DNA from: Octopus bimaculoides
Lineage: Eukaryota
Reading direction: 5' to 3'
Assembly (NCBI RefSeq): GCF_001194135.2
Contig: NC_068999.1
Coordinates: 29,030,971 to 29,070,957 of the forward strand
Length of the DNA stretch: 39,987 bases
The position numbers and the translations under genes are program-made. Shown piece by piece: positions 11,288-24,916 of this stretch. The notes beneath the pieces are model-generated. The model ran no database searches. It had not been told where the DNA came from and saw only the letters and a list, made by a program, of their open reading frames with translations. Numbering within the stretch: position 1 is the first letter of the stretch; each line of letters begins with the position of its first letter.

Positions 11288-13907
11288 CTTCATTTGGGTT
11301 TGTTAAAGCATATAAGCTAATGATCATGTGTTACAGAGCAAATATTTACCAAAATTATCACGATTTCACTGAGAAATAGTCATCTTTTATACAAATATCA
11401 CAAAATTTGTATTTCTAATTCATTGCTCTTCTTGTCTATATTTAGAAACTTGCGAAACATGAAGCAGTTGGTCCAGAAAATATATCAAGCTGCTTTATTT
11501 AAATATAATGCTTAGCTGCACTGTATGTATTCAGTTATTAGAGCTTGTTCAGACTTATCTTTCTTCAATGCCCTATTTAACAAAATAAACTATTGTTTAT
11601 GGCTCCATCTTATTTTTAAACATATTTTCTATTCAATATATTTCATGGTCAATATCGTTTTCAACATTTTTAATTGTGAAATTTATTATATTTTAAATAT
11701 TTACTTTGTATATTTTCTCTTCCAACATAAAATCTAACTAATTCTTCTATTTCCTATCTATCATTGAGAATTATCATCATCATTATCATATAAAAATCCG
11801 ATTTTCAATGTTGGCATAAGCTAGATTTTACTACAACCTACCTCTAACTTTACTCTTCATAAAAACAATCACAAATTTGACTGAACAATCTCCTCTTAGA
11901 CTTTCATTGAGTTACCCCTGCCATTGATATTTGACAGTTAATTCAAAGTAGCATTTCGTTTAGTGGTGTGTCATCTCTTCATGAAATGTCTCTACACCTG
12001 TTCACTTTATCCCTTCTGCAAAACTCAAATAATGCTCTCTTTGTTTTCAGTCTTTTTAACTTTTTGTCTTCCATATAAATTAACCTTATGCATACAATTC
12101 TCAATTATATTTCTAATGTGTTCTATTTTTGTTGCCAACAAGCAAAACAGTTGTATGAATCTCTTTCCCATTGCTATTTGATATTTTCATAATGGAGTGA
12201 GACTGGTGAGAATATATTTATGAGCTTCAAAACTTTACAAAATATTTGAAGGCTTGATATGTTGTGAATATTATTAACTTAGGAACACATGCACATTCAA
12301 AGAAAACAATAATAATTCTTCTGAATACTTTTGCAATTTAAGCATTTTTAATAACTCTGCAAGAACATCCTTTATTTCTTTATTTCAATTCTGCTTTATT
12401 GATAGAAGGAATGGAAAGGAATAAAGTTGGAAATTTAAATATTAAGATATTGATCTCAGCTATATTTTAATTTTGACAGACTCGTTTTAAGACTTTCAGA
12501 AGATGACCTTGTTTCAACTATTAAGAAATTGAGTGGTTAAAATCTTGCCTATCAAGAAGAATTTATTTTGATTTTTCTTTACCAACTAGTCAAGATTGTT
12601 CCATATCAGACATGTGAACAAACTAGAAAAGATGTGACGATTTAAACAAGCTCTAAACAGGGAAGTGTTTTGAAAAATTATGTGCATGTTATTCAATAAA
12701 ATTGTTTTCCTTCAATGTGCAATGTTCTTAAGTTAATAATATTCACAACATATCCATCAACTCTTCAAATATTTTGTAAAGTTTTGAAGTTCATAAATAC
12801 ATTCTCTCCAATCTCACTCTATTACGAAGATATTATCTAATCCCCTGCCACCAATCTTATTTACCTAGAAATATATAGTTGTTGCAACTGAAAGTAAATA
12901 TTTTTCTGTCTTTCATTTAAATGGGATATTTTAGGATAAGATTAATGTTGTGTGATTATGATAATGGTATACGAAATCAGAAAATTAGTTTTTATGTAAC
13001 ATTCTGAAAATTCATTCAAAATCAAATTCTTTTCTTAATACTTCATTTAAATATTTTTTCACTAACCAAACTGTTGTAACGTAAAATCTTTAAGTTTTCT
13101 TTAGTATAAGGTCAAAGTAAGTTGTTGTTTAGAGTTTACTATTAATCATGATTACCATGATTATGTTTGACACAATGTCAATGATTATAGTCTTTTATCA
13201 GCTAATGTTTATCTTTGTAGATGAAAATTGTTGGATAAACTTCAGCAGCCACTGACAAGTTAAGACATGATACAGATCATATTGTAGGGATTGCTATTGA
13301 TACCTAGATTAGGTGAGCTAAGTCAACCAGCAATTTATTGGACAGTGCATTTAAGTTTGTTTACACATTATATATAAATACTTGATCTTTTTTTTTTAAT
13401 CCTTCTTATTTTTGTTCATAAAATAAATAACCACAGATACCAACTTATCTCTAAAAATAAAAACTTATTACTCTACTGAAACAGTTCAAAATCTATTTCA
13501 AGACTTAAAAGTTAGTGAAAATATTTTATTAATTTTAATTTGTATAATTAAAAATACTTAAAGCATAACTTGTTTCCAGACATTATCTTCTGATTGCTAT
13601 TACTTGTTTATTTCAACAAGACTTGTTCTATGTTCCTCCCTCTCTTTCTCTCCTTCTCCCCTAAACATATTTGCCTAGTTCTACTTCCTTATTAACCATA
13701 CTACTTTATAGACATTGGTACCAAACATACTCTAATAAATCTTATACTCCCTTCAAGTCCTCTTGTGGCTTTCTGAGCACACTTTAACTTAATATAAAGG
13801 CAATATAAATTTTGCCTGACAAGCTCAGTTAAAATGTTAGCTCTGCAAAATGCCCCTATCCTCTGTCAAATATTTTGTATTTGACTATCTCACCTTATCT
13901 GCATATT

Positions 13908-14072
13908 TGTTGTTGAACCCTACCCAAGTTAACTCTGATTGAGAGAATGTTCCAGCTGTGACCATCCCATCATTCTTTCAGGCATTGCATAATTAAGATT
14001 GCATTATTCAATGTGCCCTTCTCTTTTCAAGATAGTAAGTTGTAATTCTGAGGGATATTTAGCTGCTATTTT
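13908..14072 (-). mobile_element. Short interspersed repeat family D, (AAC)-tailed
   Basis: Reverse complement resembles the copy at 29385-29590 (TAGCAGC.AAAT, CCCT..AATC.CA..CT, GG.ATATT.GATAATG). Confidence 0.5.
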
Positions 14073-14439
14073 TTAAACTTGTAAGAGTCAGATTTGAGTG
14101 AGCTAAGATGTTTATGTAATTACATTAAAATCTTAATTCAGATAAAACTAATACTGAATATCTAAGTTTATTTCTTGGGCTTACAAAATAAAAGGTTATG
14201 CAAGTGATCAAATACAATATCCTTAAATCTTATACTAACAACTTTGTATTTCTGTCACTGTCCCTCAAAATAAGATCATTCAGATGTTTCAAGACTAAGG
14301 TTGTAGAAGATATTACCAATTTGTTTATAATTATCATTATAAATTAGGATTTCTTTCTTAGGCAAAAGTTTCTTTTATGTCAAGAGATATTCTCAATTGA
14401 GTTGACTCCATTATTTTGATTGTATTTATATTTAACAAC

Positions 14440-14524
14440 TGGGCAATTGTCTTCCACAGTAGCCTTGAGTGAACCAAAGCCTACTGAGTGAATTTGGTAG
14501 ATGGAAGCTGAAAGAAGCCCATCG
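14440..14524 (+). mobile_element. SINE family B 3' half
   Basis: GGGCAATTGTCTTCCACAGTAGCC...AAAGCC...TTTGGTAGATGGAAGCTGAAAGAAGCCCATCG. Confidence 0.75.
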
Positions 14525-15000
14525 TTATTTAATGTCCCTTTGCCCCTTACTAGCATGGGTTGGATGGTTCAAGAGGAACCAACAAACCAGAGGGTGCTGC
14601 TGAGCTGAGCTCCAATATCTGTTTTGGTATGATTTCAACAGCTGAGTGCCCTTCCTTATGCCAACCATTTTACAGTGTACTGGGTGCTTTTATTTTTTTA
14701 GTTTATGTCCTGGTGAGATTGCCAAGTACTCACAAGATAAGATCCCTCAACTGTGGATGGTATAGTATTGAAGGATGTGTATGGTAGTCAGGAAGAGGCA
14801 TCTTTCTGAAGACGTAAATGTATGGTTTCACTGGTTGGGGAGAGAGTGAAATAGTGATGGTGCACCCTCAAGGTGCAGAGTGGAAATATTATCTGACATG
14901 GAAATTAGGTAAGTGTTGGCAAGAAATTCTGCTCCAATAAAGTTTGACTATCCCATGCAAGCAAGGAAAGGTAGATGTTAAACTAATGACAATGATTAAC
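14520..15000. mobile_element. RTE-3'-UTR-related repeat with a tail block in both orientations
   Basis: Minus tail (AGCATGGGTTGGATGG...TGCCCTTCCTTATGCCAACC) at about 14520-14670. Plus tail (CCCATGCAAGCAAGGAAAGGTAGATGTTAAA) at about 14950-15000. Confidence 0.6.
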
Positions 15001-15669
15001 ATCTTAATTAGAGCTGTCATAATAAATTCAAAATTTAAAGTAGCTCTATTTAATTTCATTCAATCTACAAATGTTCTTGTGAAGGACTTGGTTGATGAGG
15101 TTCTTTTCAAAGGATAATATGCAGCTTTGTTTCCTATTGAAGTAACCACTACAGTTTCCCAGCAAGATCACTATCCTATTTTTTGCAAAAGATTGGTCTG
15201 GAACTCAAACAACTGAAGAAAGCCATGAGGAAGATAATCATGGCAGTTGTGGCTAGTTCACTGTGGCTGTAGCTGACAAGAGACAGATGAAACCCTTCTG
15301 TAAATGAATTCTAATTAACTGTTTCCCCACTCAAACAAAATGCATAGACTAATTGATCAAATACTGCTAACCTTGAGATACTTGCTGAAGTTATTGAAGA
15401 ATTTCAAACAATGTGATGGTTTTAGTTACCATCAGAAGAGCTTCCAACATCTTTAGGTAGCTCTTCCAATTTCTGCTTGGTTTAAAGCATCTGTAGATTT
15501 ATTTCATGCACATGTACTTTAACTCCTAACAAGTTAAAACAATATGTTTGTTACCAAGTGTTGCTGTTGTGTGTTTTCACTCAGGAAGCTTTAATCCCTT
15601 TATATTTTATTCAAAATCAAGTGAATATTCCTGTGATCTAGTGTGTCCAACGCCATATATTAAGTATAA

Positions 15670-15745
15670 GTGTGTATGTATGTATGTATGTATGTGTGTA
15701 TGTATGTATGTATGTGATATTGTGTAGGTACGTATGTATATACGT
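15670..15745. repeat. (TATG)n microsatellite
   Basis: Directly visible. Confidence 0.95.
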
Positions 15746-17404
15746 ACATGTGTGTGTATGTGTGTAATTTGTATACACAGAGTACATGAAATGTATCAGT
15801 TTACAGTCAATTTACCCATCAAGGTCATTTTATATTTTCATTATACAATGTAGATGAAAAGTAAAAATAGTAATTCTGTTTTTCAATTTGTCTGTTTTGG
15901 AGTGGGAGGTACACACAATATTACTACCAGAACTGCCTCAGTGATTATTACTCAGTTATTTCTACATTTAAAATCTTTAAATAGTAATTGATAACAAGTA
16001 GATTGTGTGTTTAATCTAAATTAAGTTCTGTGAACTGTAATAGATGGGCATGAATATTACCAAGCTGCAGTGGTTAGAGAATATAACTGTCAGATTGTTG
16101 TCTTCTGTGGAATATCTCCATAATGTCAGTGGAGCAGAAATAAAACCTATTTCTGACTGAGTCATGGCCTTCAGACCACTGAAACAACTTGTGTCATCAC
16201 TGAAAAATCAGCTGGTGAGTGTGGTGTGTGTGTGTGTGTGCGTGTGTAGTATGGGGTGTGAGTGGATGTTGTTGGTTGGGGACTGTGATTTTCAGAACTA
16301 CAAAAATTAGATCATATGTGTATGTGCTTGTATGAAAAAATGAAAGATACCATAATTAGCAATAGGTTTGGAGACATTGCTTGTAAAAAACTGTGAAAGC
16401 CATGTTTTATTCAAATGCTAAATAACTTTCTAAGTGTATAAAATTTTTCATTGAAGCAATGCAACAGTTCTTAACATTTTCTCTTACTGAGAAAGGCACA
16501 ATTAACTTTAAAATAAAACAATTTCCTGAATGTCTCGTGCCAATTTGTTTGTGAGTAGTATCTTGTATAATGTGTGCATGTGTATGTTTGCATATATACA
16601 TACGCAAACACACTTTATCACATTCAATTTAAGTGCAAATTGCTACAAAGAAACTGTAATAGTTTTATTTCAAATAAATCACCTCCTCAACACTAAAATA
16701 TGGTCAAAAGGTTATTGAGAAAGCTAAACTACCAATATTTTAAGCTTGGTGCTTGGCACGTAACTTTTTTCCAACATTTTGCTTTGAAATCAAGTTTTGC
16801 TCACGTTTAAGTTCAGAGTCTCTAATCCTTGCTTTATTTGTCTTATGCCAAGTTATCTGATATAGCAAGCCATCTCTGTTCGCAGTAATTATTAGTTGTT
16901 GTTGAGAGATTTTCATCATAGCTAAACTTGTTTCTTTTAAAAATGAATAGCCAATTAACTTGCTGTAACAATGGCTGGTGTATTTTCATGTGTGTGTGAA
17001 TAGCAGCTGTATGGGCAGAAATGAACTCTTATTATAATAGTAATAACTTTGGATTGATATCAATACTCCCTGTAAGAAAAATAGTATATTTACCCAAATG
17101 CAATACACAGTGTTGAATATAACACAATCTTCAATTTTTGTGCCTAAAAATCAGAAATATTTTATTCTCTCTTCCTTTTTATACTCTTGTATAATGCTAC
17201 TCCAAAACTTGATGTATTAAATTTCTTGCATTGTACCCAGGTCAATAAGATGGATTGGTGGTTTCTATAAAATAAATTAAATTTGTTTTGATATTTTTTG
17301 AGATCAATGTTTGATGTTTATACCTGGTACCATAATTATGCATGTTACTAGATTTTTCAAAAAATGAAATTAGAGAAAATGAATTATTATTCTGTAGTGG
17401 TATT

Positions 17405-17575
17405 TTATGGCTGGATGCCTTTTCTGTTGCCACCCCTTTCAGTCACCTCTTGCAACATGCAAGGATGTGGATTAAGTGATTAAAAGGGTTGATGATAAGA
17501 TATAAAACACTGCCTCAGAAAATCTGTCTTACCCATGCCAGCATGGAAAAGTCGATGCAAAATGCTGCTGATGAA
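17405..17575. mobile_element. RTE-3'-UTR-related repeat, minus then plus tail block
   Basis: ATGGCTGGATGCCTTTTCTGTTGCCACC (minus), then ACCCATGCCAGCATGGAAAAG..GATG (plus). Confidence 0.6.
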
Positions 17576-19792
17576 TTCTTTATAATTTCGTATGTACAAT
17601 CAGATAGAATAACATTAATTCTAAGACAGGGAAGTACTACTGTGAATTAAATGAGGGCTTCTATTAAGTATTCATTTGATTCAATCTGTATTTAGATGAG
17701 GTGGAAGATTTTTTTTCTTCAAGTCAGAATTTTGATATGTTAGCATCAATTTGAATAACTGTATGGTCAATATCAATGAGAAAAATGTGATTGGGAGGTA
17801 ATTCTACTGGGTTTACTCAAAGTGTTCAACTTATGAACTAATTATTTGTAGTTTTATAAAACATTGTTTTGAACCTTATTCTGTGTATTGTTTGTTTGTG
17901 GCAGTTTATATATTTGGCAAAAAAAATAAATAAATAAATAAAAATGACCACCCCGAAATACAATAGCTGTTTATACAGCTTTCAGAATAACTCTGTCAAT
18001 CAAAGAAACTTCTTCCTTGAACAATTTTCAATTTGTCATGTTCTTTCAAGGTTTATTGTTCACCCTGTTTACTTATTCAATATTCTAGGCTTCAACTGAA
18101 AATCAACCTGCTTCATTAGAGACATTACAGAGGTCAGCTGTGCGATGATGTTTCTACCTTTGCTATAATTATTGAAACTGTTTTGGAGATATCTTATGTG
18201 TCTCTGTTTTTCATTTTCTATGTCATAGTGACCATTGATCTAGCTGTCGCAAAATATGTTTCTTTATATGGATATCGCAACTCTATTACACACATTCAAA
18301 TGGAGTACACTCTTGATAAGGTCTCAAACTTAGTTTCCAGCAGACATGTCTTCATATAAACTACCTTGACATCAAGAATTTCCAACTTCACTAGTTTGTT
18401 TCATTATTATTTTAGATATGAAAAATGTTAGAATTTCATTGTTATGGTTGAACACATTTGAAACTTTGTTATGTAAATTCAGATTCATTCTTGTGAATAA
18501 TCTTGCTCTCTACTTGTTAGAGTTTTAGAAGCAGTGTTTTCAACAGAATGATGGTAAATGATTGAAGTTATATCCTTAATGTTCTTCAGACAATAACTAC
18601 ATTGAATTCACAGTAAGGTATCTTAGTTATTTTGTCACAGTATTTTGATATACAGTCATAATTCCTGTAGTTTACAGAAGTAGAAAACATTATTCTACAT
18701 CGCATTCTTGATACCTAACACACTCAGGAATATTTTACATCATTATTTTGAATGTTACTAAAGTCAAATAAAAGTTTCAATCGTTTACTTAAAATATTCA
18801 ACAGCTGTTAGCACTTTGGAACCATATTTTATTTTTATTTCCTCCTCTTGTTGACATTAAATCTTTAACCAAATATATCTCAGCCAAGATTTGTAACTTT
18901 CAAAAATGTGGCTGACTTCAATAATAAAGTCAATGACATTGACAAGAAAATATAAAATTCTTTCTTTTCTCAGTTATTTATTAATCATGTTATTGAAGTG
19001 TACTACGAGAGATATTTTTGTTTGCTAACAGTAGTCTAGACTCCAACTTGATGACATTCAGCACAAAAACCAACTAAATTCCCTCCAATTCTCAAATACT
19101 GTTTTACATTAGAATCATTTTAAACACTTCTCTTATTTGAGTGTTCATTCATTCAAACTGCCATACAGACAGCGACCACACACACACATAATTGACATGT
19201 ATTCATTCTGAAATATACAAATAATTCGTAAACTATTTTCATAAAAATGTTTGTTTTATGTCCATTTTCCATGCTTGTATGGAACATTTCTATTAAAGCT
19301 GCTCCTGATGTTGCTGCTGTTGCTTTTACTGTTGTTGTTGTACCAGAAAACTGTTTCTGTCATCACTCTGCTACAGCTATACTCACTACATGACAACTGT
19401 TGCTATAGTTACTGATACATGATTGCACCTTTGCTGTTGTTGCTACAGCTGTGATAGCAATACTACTTCTACAACTGAAATTCACTTTGATTTCAAAAGA
19501 AAGGTGTGACAATAATGAAGAGTTTAATGTGAAACCAGGAATTCACATCTCTAACATTGTGTTGTACTCAATGTATGGCACTGTACAGTTGGATGTGTGT
19601 TATTCTTGCATGTCCCAATAAAGTTTACAGTACAAATTCTATCAATAACTATGTTAAGCAGATAGTTACAGTTATGATCGAAGCTGTTATAGCATTGGTC
19701 ACTCCATCTTTTTATATTTCAAAGAGAAATTTCAATATTCAATGTAACCTTTTTTTAAGATGTGTAATTTTACTACTGTTACTTGCAAATTG

Positions 19793-20177
19793 GTGGAGGC
19801 GCAATAGCCCAGTGGTTAGGTTAGCGGACTCGCGGTCATAGGATCGCGGTTTCGATTCCAAAACCGGGCGTTGTGAGTGTTTATTGAGCGAAAACAACTA
19901 AAGCTCCATGAGGCTCTGGCAGGGGATGGTGGTGAACCCTGCTGTACTCTTCCACCACAACTTTTTCTCACTCCTACTTCCTGTTTCTGTTGTGCCTGTA
20001 ATTCAAAGGGTCAGCCTTGTCATACTGTGTCATGCTGAATATCCCCAAGAACTACGTTAAGGGTACACGTGTCTGTGGAGTGCTCAGCCACTTGCACGTT
20101 AATTTCACGAGCAGGCTGTTCCGTTGATCGGATCAACTGGAACCTTCAACGTCATAAGTGACGGAGTGCCAACAACA
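19793..20177 (+). mobile_element. Full-length tRNA-derived SINE (family E) with 12-bp target-site duplication
   Basis: A-box-like TAGCCCAGTGG, B-box-like GGTTTCGATTCC and (AAC)n tail. Perfect TSD ACTTGCAAATTG at 19781-19792 and 20178-20189. Confidence 0.9.
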
Positions 20178-21412
20178 ACTTGCAAATTGAATGACTACAC
20201 AAGGGGCTCCCTTATCCCAATTTACAGTAGACACAGTTGTCAATTATGCTCAGACAGACTGACAATTGTTTGTTAGACAGACGTAGTTATTAGAAACAGT
20301 TGTGTACAATAGTAGTGAAAATATATTTTATCTTAGTGATATTGTGAATTGGTTTTTTGAATGAATCCCTTCTTGCTAATAATGGGGGTTGTTTATGACT
20401 GATACTTCATATTTACAACTGATAAACACAAATTAGGAAAACATTAGCTTCATCAGTTGTTGACTTAGCCATTTGGATTATTGCTTTATCATCTTTGTTG
20501 TTAGGAAAAATTCTTGTATTGCTGCCAGATCAGATAGTTTGTTAAAATTGCTTCATAGTAACTTCCTATCGTTGTCCTAGTTTTCTCACAACTTTATTTC
20601 CTAATTCATTTATATATCATCAGCTATATAAATGAAAATGTATATAGTTTATGTATGTGTGTCTAGCCTCCAAAAGCTCTGAAATGGTGCATCCTCAAGA
20701 AAAACGAATTTGATTTTCAAATTTGCATCCCAAAGAGAAGGTTGCCCATAAATAATAATAAAAAAATATAATTTTGTATGAAAAATAACTTTTAGATCGA
20801 TAAATTTCCCACTCTCTATATATATCATCATCAGGCTCTCTCTTTTACACCTTCCCTTCTCTCTATATATATTTACCACACTCTTTATCACTCTCTCTGT
20901 CTCTCTCTCTTTATATGTATTATCTCTCAGACATGCTGCCCCCTCCCTTTCTCTCTTCATATGACATGTGTTTGCTTTCATTTTGCTTAAAACTTTGTCT
21001 TACTTTCATTTTATGGTATACAGCTATCATGCACTAATTTTGTTTTCTGATTGGGTAAAAATTATCAAACTTTAAACCTCTATAATATTTTTGAAATAAA
21101 TCAATCACAAAATCAGATTCAGTATTACAAAGTACATCAATATACCAAATTTTAAAATTTCAAAATTGTGACTGCAACTGAAAATCTCTCTCTTTCTCTC
21201 TGTGCTCATCTCCTTCATTTTTCACTTTTCTCATTGTAAACTCCCCCCCCCCCTGTATATATTTACCACACTCTCCCACTCTCTGCATAAGTATACCGCT
21301 CATGCCTTGTGTGTGTGTATAAAGAATTTCATTAGGGCAACAGAGGGATTTAAAACAGGTTTGTAAAAGATAATTTATTTTAGTAGCATACTTTTCTGTT
21401 GGTAAATGTTTT

Positions 21413-21444
<32 letters not shown>

Positions 21445-22239
21445 TACGGACTTACTTGGTGTAGGGTGGAGATTAAAAATTTGAATTACAAAATTCCTTT
21501 TTGTTATTGCTTAAATTNNNNNNNNNNNNNNNNNNNNNNNNNNNNNNNNNNNNNNNNNNNNNNNNNNNNNNNNNNNNNNNNNNNNNNNNNNNNNNNNNNN
21601 NNNNNNNNNNNNNNNNNNNNNNNNNNNNNNNNNNNNNNNNNNNNNNNNNNNNNNNNNNNNNNNNNNNNNNNNNNNNNNNNNNNNNNNNNNNNNNNNNNNN
21701 NNNNNNNNNNNNNNNNNNNNNNNNNNNNNNNNNNNNNNNNNNNNNNNNNNNNNNNNNNNNNNNNNNNNNNNNNNNNNNNNNNNNNNNNNNNNNNNNNNNN
21801 NNNNNNNNNNNNNNNNNNNNNNNNNNNNNNNNNNNNNNNNNNNNNNNNNNNNNNNNNNNNNNNNNNNNNNNNNNNNNNNNNNNNNNNNNNNNNNNNNNNN
21901 NNNNNNNNNNNNNNNNNNNNNNNNNNNNNNNNNNNNNNNNNNNNNNNNNNNNNNNNNNNNNNNNNNNNNNNNNNNNNNNNNNNNNNNNNNNNNNNNNNNN
22001 NNNNNNNNNNNNAAAAAAAAAAAAAAAAAAAAAAAAGAAAAGGCCAAAATCAGCACTGAGTAAGGGAAGGGGATGAAAAATAAATTTTCGAAAATTTTGT
22101 TTTTTACTAAAGAGACATCTTCCATTGCTTTTAAGTGCAAAAAAAAAACAAGAAAAAACAAATTGGAAAACATATTTGTTCATAAAAAATCTCTCCCCAT
22201 CATTTGCAAGGGTGTGGTGAAGCCCCATCAAAACAGAAA

Positions 22240-22490
22240 ATCCAACTTACATGGGCATGCTCTTCTGGTGCCACATAAAAAACACTTGTGCCAGTGCCAT
22301 GTAAAAGCACTCATACCAGTGCCATATAAAAATGCCCATGCCAGTACCACATAAAAAGCAGTGGTTGGTGTTAGGAAGGGCATCCGATCATTGAAACCAT
22401 GCCAAAACAGACAAATGGAGCCTGGGCAAATCTCTGGCTGGCCAGCTCCTGTCAAACCATACAAACACATGCCAACATGGGAAACAGATA
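22240..22490 (+). mobile_element. RTE-3'-UTR family copy with four degenerate ~25-bp tandem units
   Basis: Units at 22263-22360, then GTGGTTGGTGTTAGGAAGGGCATCC and CATGCCAACATGGGAAAC. Confidence 0.7.
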
Positions 22491-23273
22491 TTTATTGATA
22501 GCAATATTTATATATTGTTGTGTCTGGGGAGAGTCATTCTGTTTTAATGCCTTATTAATTAACACACTCACTGGTTCAATTTCCACTCATTTACTTATTT
22601 TTTTTCTAAAATTTTCATTGCTTCTTGCAACCTCTTCAATAGTTGTTGACTCTGTCTGTTATCAGAGCTGTGGTCTTTGTTTGTGCACCTGTGTGTATAG
22701 TTGTGTGTGTGTGTGACTCTCTCTCTCTCTCTTGCCTTCATTCTTTCCTCTTTTCTTTCTCTCACCCTCTCACATCTGGTCTAGCCTTTCTACTTACTCC
22801 TTTGCTCTCTCTCTCTCCCTCTTGTATTCCTAGCTTTTCTCTTTCCCCTTCATCCCTTTTCTTTTTTCTCTGTCACTCCCTCTCTCTGCTGTTTTTCTCC
22901 TCTACCAACAGCTAGTTCCCCTTTTGCTTCCTCTCTTACACTGGTCTCATAGCTGACCAGTCACAAATTCTCTGTCTTTCCCTTTTATCCTTCAAGGTTG
23001 TATTTTGTTTGACTGTTCATCCTTGTCTGCTGTCCTAAATCACACTCTGTGTCATTTTGCTTGTTTTGTTTTGTTTGCTCTTGTCCCTAATTCTATGTAA
23101 GAATTTTTTTTTGCGAGCACCACCAATTGGGAAGTACTCAGTTCTATCGTTAAAGGTGCAAAACTGAATATTACCAATTGGTTAATAACTGATGAAGAAT
23201 TACGGACCTTCTGTTTGTCTCCCATTCATTTTTACTTTCAGTATATGTTACGTCATTTGTTTATACATTTTTT

Positions 23274-23309
<36 letters not shown>

Positions 23310-23312
<3 letters not shown>

Positions 23313-23563
23313 GGCAAGCCAAGTAAGATCGTTGCCAGTGCCCCTGGACTGGTTCTTGTGCAGGTGGCACATGAGATGCACCATTTTGAGCGTGGCCGTT
23401 GCCAGTACCGCCTGACTGGCTCCTGTAGGATTTTCGAGCAAGATCGTTGCCAGTGCCCCTGGACTGGCTTGTGCGGGTGGCACATAAAAGACACCATTTC
23501 GAGCGTGGCCGTTTTCGTGCGGGTGACACGTAAAAGCACCCACTACACTCTCTGAGTGGTTGG
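23310..23563 (+). mobile_element. RTE-3'-UTR family copy with internal tandem repeats, cut by a gap
   Basis: Repeated GTTGCCAGTGCCCCTGGACTGG and GTGC.GGTGGCAC...CACC units, ending CACTACACTCTCTGAGTGGTTGG as in the copy at 27374-27396. Confidence 0.8.
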
Positions 23564-23837
23564 NNNNNNNNNNNNNNNNNNNNNNNNNNNNNNNNNNNNN
23601 NNNNNNNNNNNNNNNNNNNNNNNNNNNNNNNNNNNNNNNNNNNNNNNNNNNNNNNNNNNNNNNNNNNNNNNNNNNNNNNNNNNNNNNNNNNNNNNNNNNN
23701 NNNNNNNNNNNNNNNNNNNNNNNNNNNNNNNNNNNNNNNNNNNNNNNNNNNNNNNNNNNNNNNNNNNNNNNNNNNNNNNNNNNNNNNNNNNNNNNNNNNN
23801 NNNNNNNNGACTTCACAAGTACATTTATGTACTTATA

Positions 23838-23940
23838 TTTTTATATATTTATGAATTTTTATGTGTTTATAAATTTTTATGTGTCTATGAATTTCTATAT
23901 ATTTATAAATTTTCGTGTATATGTATGTATTTATAAATTC
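23838..23940. repeat. Degenerate 18-bp minisatellite (TTTATRTRTYTATRAATT), about 5 units
   Basis: Directly visible. Confidence 0.7.
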
Positions 23941-24054
23941 TTAAAATTTTTTTATATATCATATAGATGAATGCATCTATGTATGTACTTTGTATACCAT
24001 GGAGAATTTCGTTAATATGGATTGAATGAATATATACATTGACTTATATATACA

Positions 24055-24195
24055 TTCTTTCAGTTTCTATCTACAAAAACCTCTCACAAGGCTTTTGGTT
24101 GGTCTGGGGCTGTAAAAGAAGATACTTAGTGAAGCTCCCTTGCAGTGGGACTGAACACAAAACCATGTGGTTGCAAAAACCACTCAGCCACGACT
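24055..24195 (-). mobile_element. SINE family B, degenerate copy
   Basis: TTTCAGTTTCTATCTACAAA..CTCACAAGGCTTTGGTTGG...CAGTGGGACTGAAC. Confidence 0.75.
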
Positions 24196-24834
24196 GTACC
24201 ATATAAATACTTTCGCATATTTTTTTTTTCTTACCAGTAGAAGCTTTGTTGTATTATTTAAAATATTATTGATCTAATTCAATTCTTCTTCAATGCTTAT
24301 CTGAACCCATTTTCGCAAATATATCTTTTTAATGAATATTTTCTAGCCATGTCTTACATAAATAAACTCATCTTAATCATGCCTGAATGTTCACTTTTAG
24401 GTTGAGCCTTCAAAGGAGATTCTGTGTGTCCATTCTGTTGTTTGTAATAGCCAAATATTCTTTAACAAACCCTTTAGCACCTGAATAATGGAATCATATA
24501 TTTGAAGTTGTAAATTTAAGAATTGCATCTTTCGTATTAAAGTTAATATGGTTGCAGTTAGCAAATTGTTTTGAATGCTTCATTTTAATAACTGTGCCTA
24601 CTGTCATGGTTATGCAGTTCAAACAAGCCTGACTACGGATAAGTAAAGAACTCCAGCTACAAACTCGTTCTTATTAATTAAGAAAAGGTGCATTAGTCAT
24701 GACCTTTATAAGTCAAACACTGAGTTGAGACAAGGTAGTTATATTACATTCAAATCACAGAAATACCAACAACATGAACCTTACTATATTTTGAGCCTTC
24801 TAGATTCCTGCTATACTCACATACACATTTGATA

Positions 24835-24859
24835 AGTATGTGTGTGTGTGTGCATGCAT

Positions 24860-24906
<47 letters not shown>

Positions 24907-24916
24907 TACACATACA
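24835..24916. repeat. (TG)n-(CA)n compound microsatellite
   Basis: Directly visible. Confidence 0.95.

Noticed and set aside
12480-12708. Protein-like frame RLVLRLSEDDLVSTIKKLSG*NLAYQEEF...
   Set aside because: It has internal stops, no convincing donor and no family match that I can recognise.
15426-15468. Small hairpin around GAAGAGCT...AGCTCTTC
   Set aside because: Too short for a pre-miRNA and compatible with chance.
19793-19870. tRNA gene
   Set aside because: The tRNA-like head continues into a SINE body with a tail and TSD, and no complete cloverleaf acceptor stem is evident.
21040-22170. Possible non-autonomous Helitron interior flanking the gap
   Set aside because: No termini or coding motifs are visible and there is no second copy in the window, so it cannot be supported.
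21406-22231. Long ORFs in the six-frame track here and at other gaps
   Set aside because: Artefacts of translating N runs and microsatellites.
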